Shown piece after piece: positions 56,244-56,630 of a stretch of 56,630 nt of DNA. How positions within the stretch are numbered: position 1 is the stretch's first letter; each line of letters starts with the position of its first letter. This DNA comes from Alphaproteobacteria bacterium (GTDB lineage: Bacteria; Pseudomonadota; Alphaproteobacteria; Rs-D84): contig JAFSDI010000017.1 of assembly GCA_017436325.1 (NCBI GenBank), forward strand, positions 1 to 56,630. The letters are read 5' to 3'. Both the position numbers and the translations under genes were made by a program. Under the pieces are notes generated by a model, which saw nothing but the letters and a program-made list of their open reading frames with translations, had not been told where the DNA came from and did not search any database.

Positions 56244-56536
56244 TTGCAACAGGTTCGCTTTTTCGATATAATAAAAGTTGAACTGGATGGGAATCTGGTT
56301 CGGGGCTGTCACAAGCCTGACTAATCCGGTGCAAATATATGTGAACATATATTAAGTGTCGTTATTCCGACAAAGATATTTCCTGTATTTGCATCGCAAT
56401 CTTGATTATCCCTGACTTTTATGGTCGGGGGGCTGTCCGCTATACAACAGGTGTTTACACTAAAAGCGGGCAGAATCAGTGATTAGTTGATTTGTGAACT
56501 CCCCGACCGCATTGATTTTCATTGCGGTTTCTTTTT
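56244..56536 (+). promoter_or_regulatory. structured leader RNA module, copy 2 of 4, upstream of the 56564 gene
   Basis: The promoter is TTGCAA (56244-49), a 17-nt spacer, then TATAAT (56267-72). Hairpin 1 pairs UUGAAC with GUUCGG and is followed by GG. X is CCCUGAC (56411-17). P1 pairs GGUCGGGGGG (56423-32) with CUCCCCGACC (56499-508). P2 pairs CUGUCCGC (56433-40) with GCGGGCAG (56466-73). The UAUACAACAG motif lies at 56441-50. The terminator is CCGCAUUG-N5-CAUUGCGG-UUUCUUUUU (56507-36). Confidence 0.65.
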
Positions 56537-56563
56537 ACACAAACAATTAAAGCGGGGGACATT

Positions 56564-56630
56564 ATGAATAAAAAAATTCTTTTGGGCAGTATATTTACAA
56601 TTTCAATTATCGGTATGACGCATGCTGAAA
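56564..56630 (+). CDS. exported protein, N-terminal fragment (runs off the window end)
   Basis: The ATG at 56564 has a GGGGGA SD 5 nt upstream. The translation MNKKILLGSIFTISIIGMTHAE... looks like a signal peptide. Confidence 0.45.
   Translation, partial: MNKKILLGSIFTISIIGMTHAE

Overview
AT-rich, gene-dense chromosomal segment. No rRNA, CRISPR array, transposase, integrase or phage genes were seen. Gene content and local synteny point to an alphaproteobacterium: lpxI, lptE-holA, a coiled-coil gene followed by zapA, olsB-olsA, rplU-rpmA, parC and a short-type proS. An O2-sensitive class III ribonucleotide reductase (nrdD/nrdG) sits alongside Fe/Mn-SOD and HemW, which suggests a low-oxygen or host-associated lifestyle (inference). 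I call about 57 CDS, one tRNA-Leu(UAG) with a decayed tandem copy, several near-consensus sigma70 promoters and many hairpin plus U-run terminators. Housekeeping genes are interspersed with many lineage-specific exported, outer-membrane and Cys-rich proteins. Five observations stand out. (1) A promoter-plus-structured-leader RNA module of roughly 200-290 nt occurs four times (168-420 minus strand, 28952-29243, 39779-39974, 56244-56536). Its long-range helix shows compensatory substitutions between copies, it contains a conserved UAUAC motif, and a terminator abuts the helix. Three copies sit directly upstream of genes for small exported proteins, and I cannot assign the module to any riboswitch or sRNA class I know. 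(2) Five paralogous polytopic membrane proteins form an array at 45058-51668. They look TrbL/VirB6-like (tentative), and no other type IV secretion gene is present in the window. (3) The class III RNR is naturally split: a 60-aa glycyl-radical peptide is encoded separately from the catalytic subunit, with two NrdR boxes over the promoter. (4) A SuhB/IMPase homologue has lost its metal-binding motifs. (5) Several large Cys-rich or low-complexity secreted proteins have no recognisable family. All functional calls come from reading the translations and motifs by eye; no database search was run.
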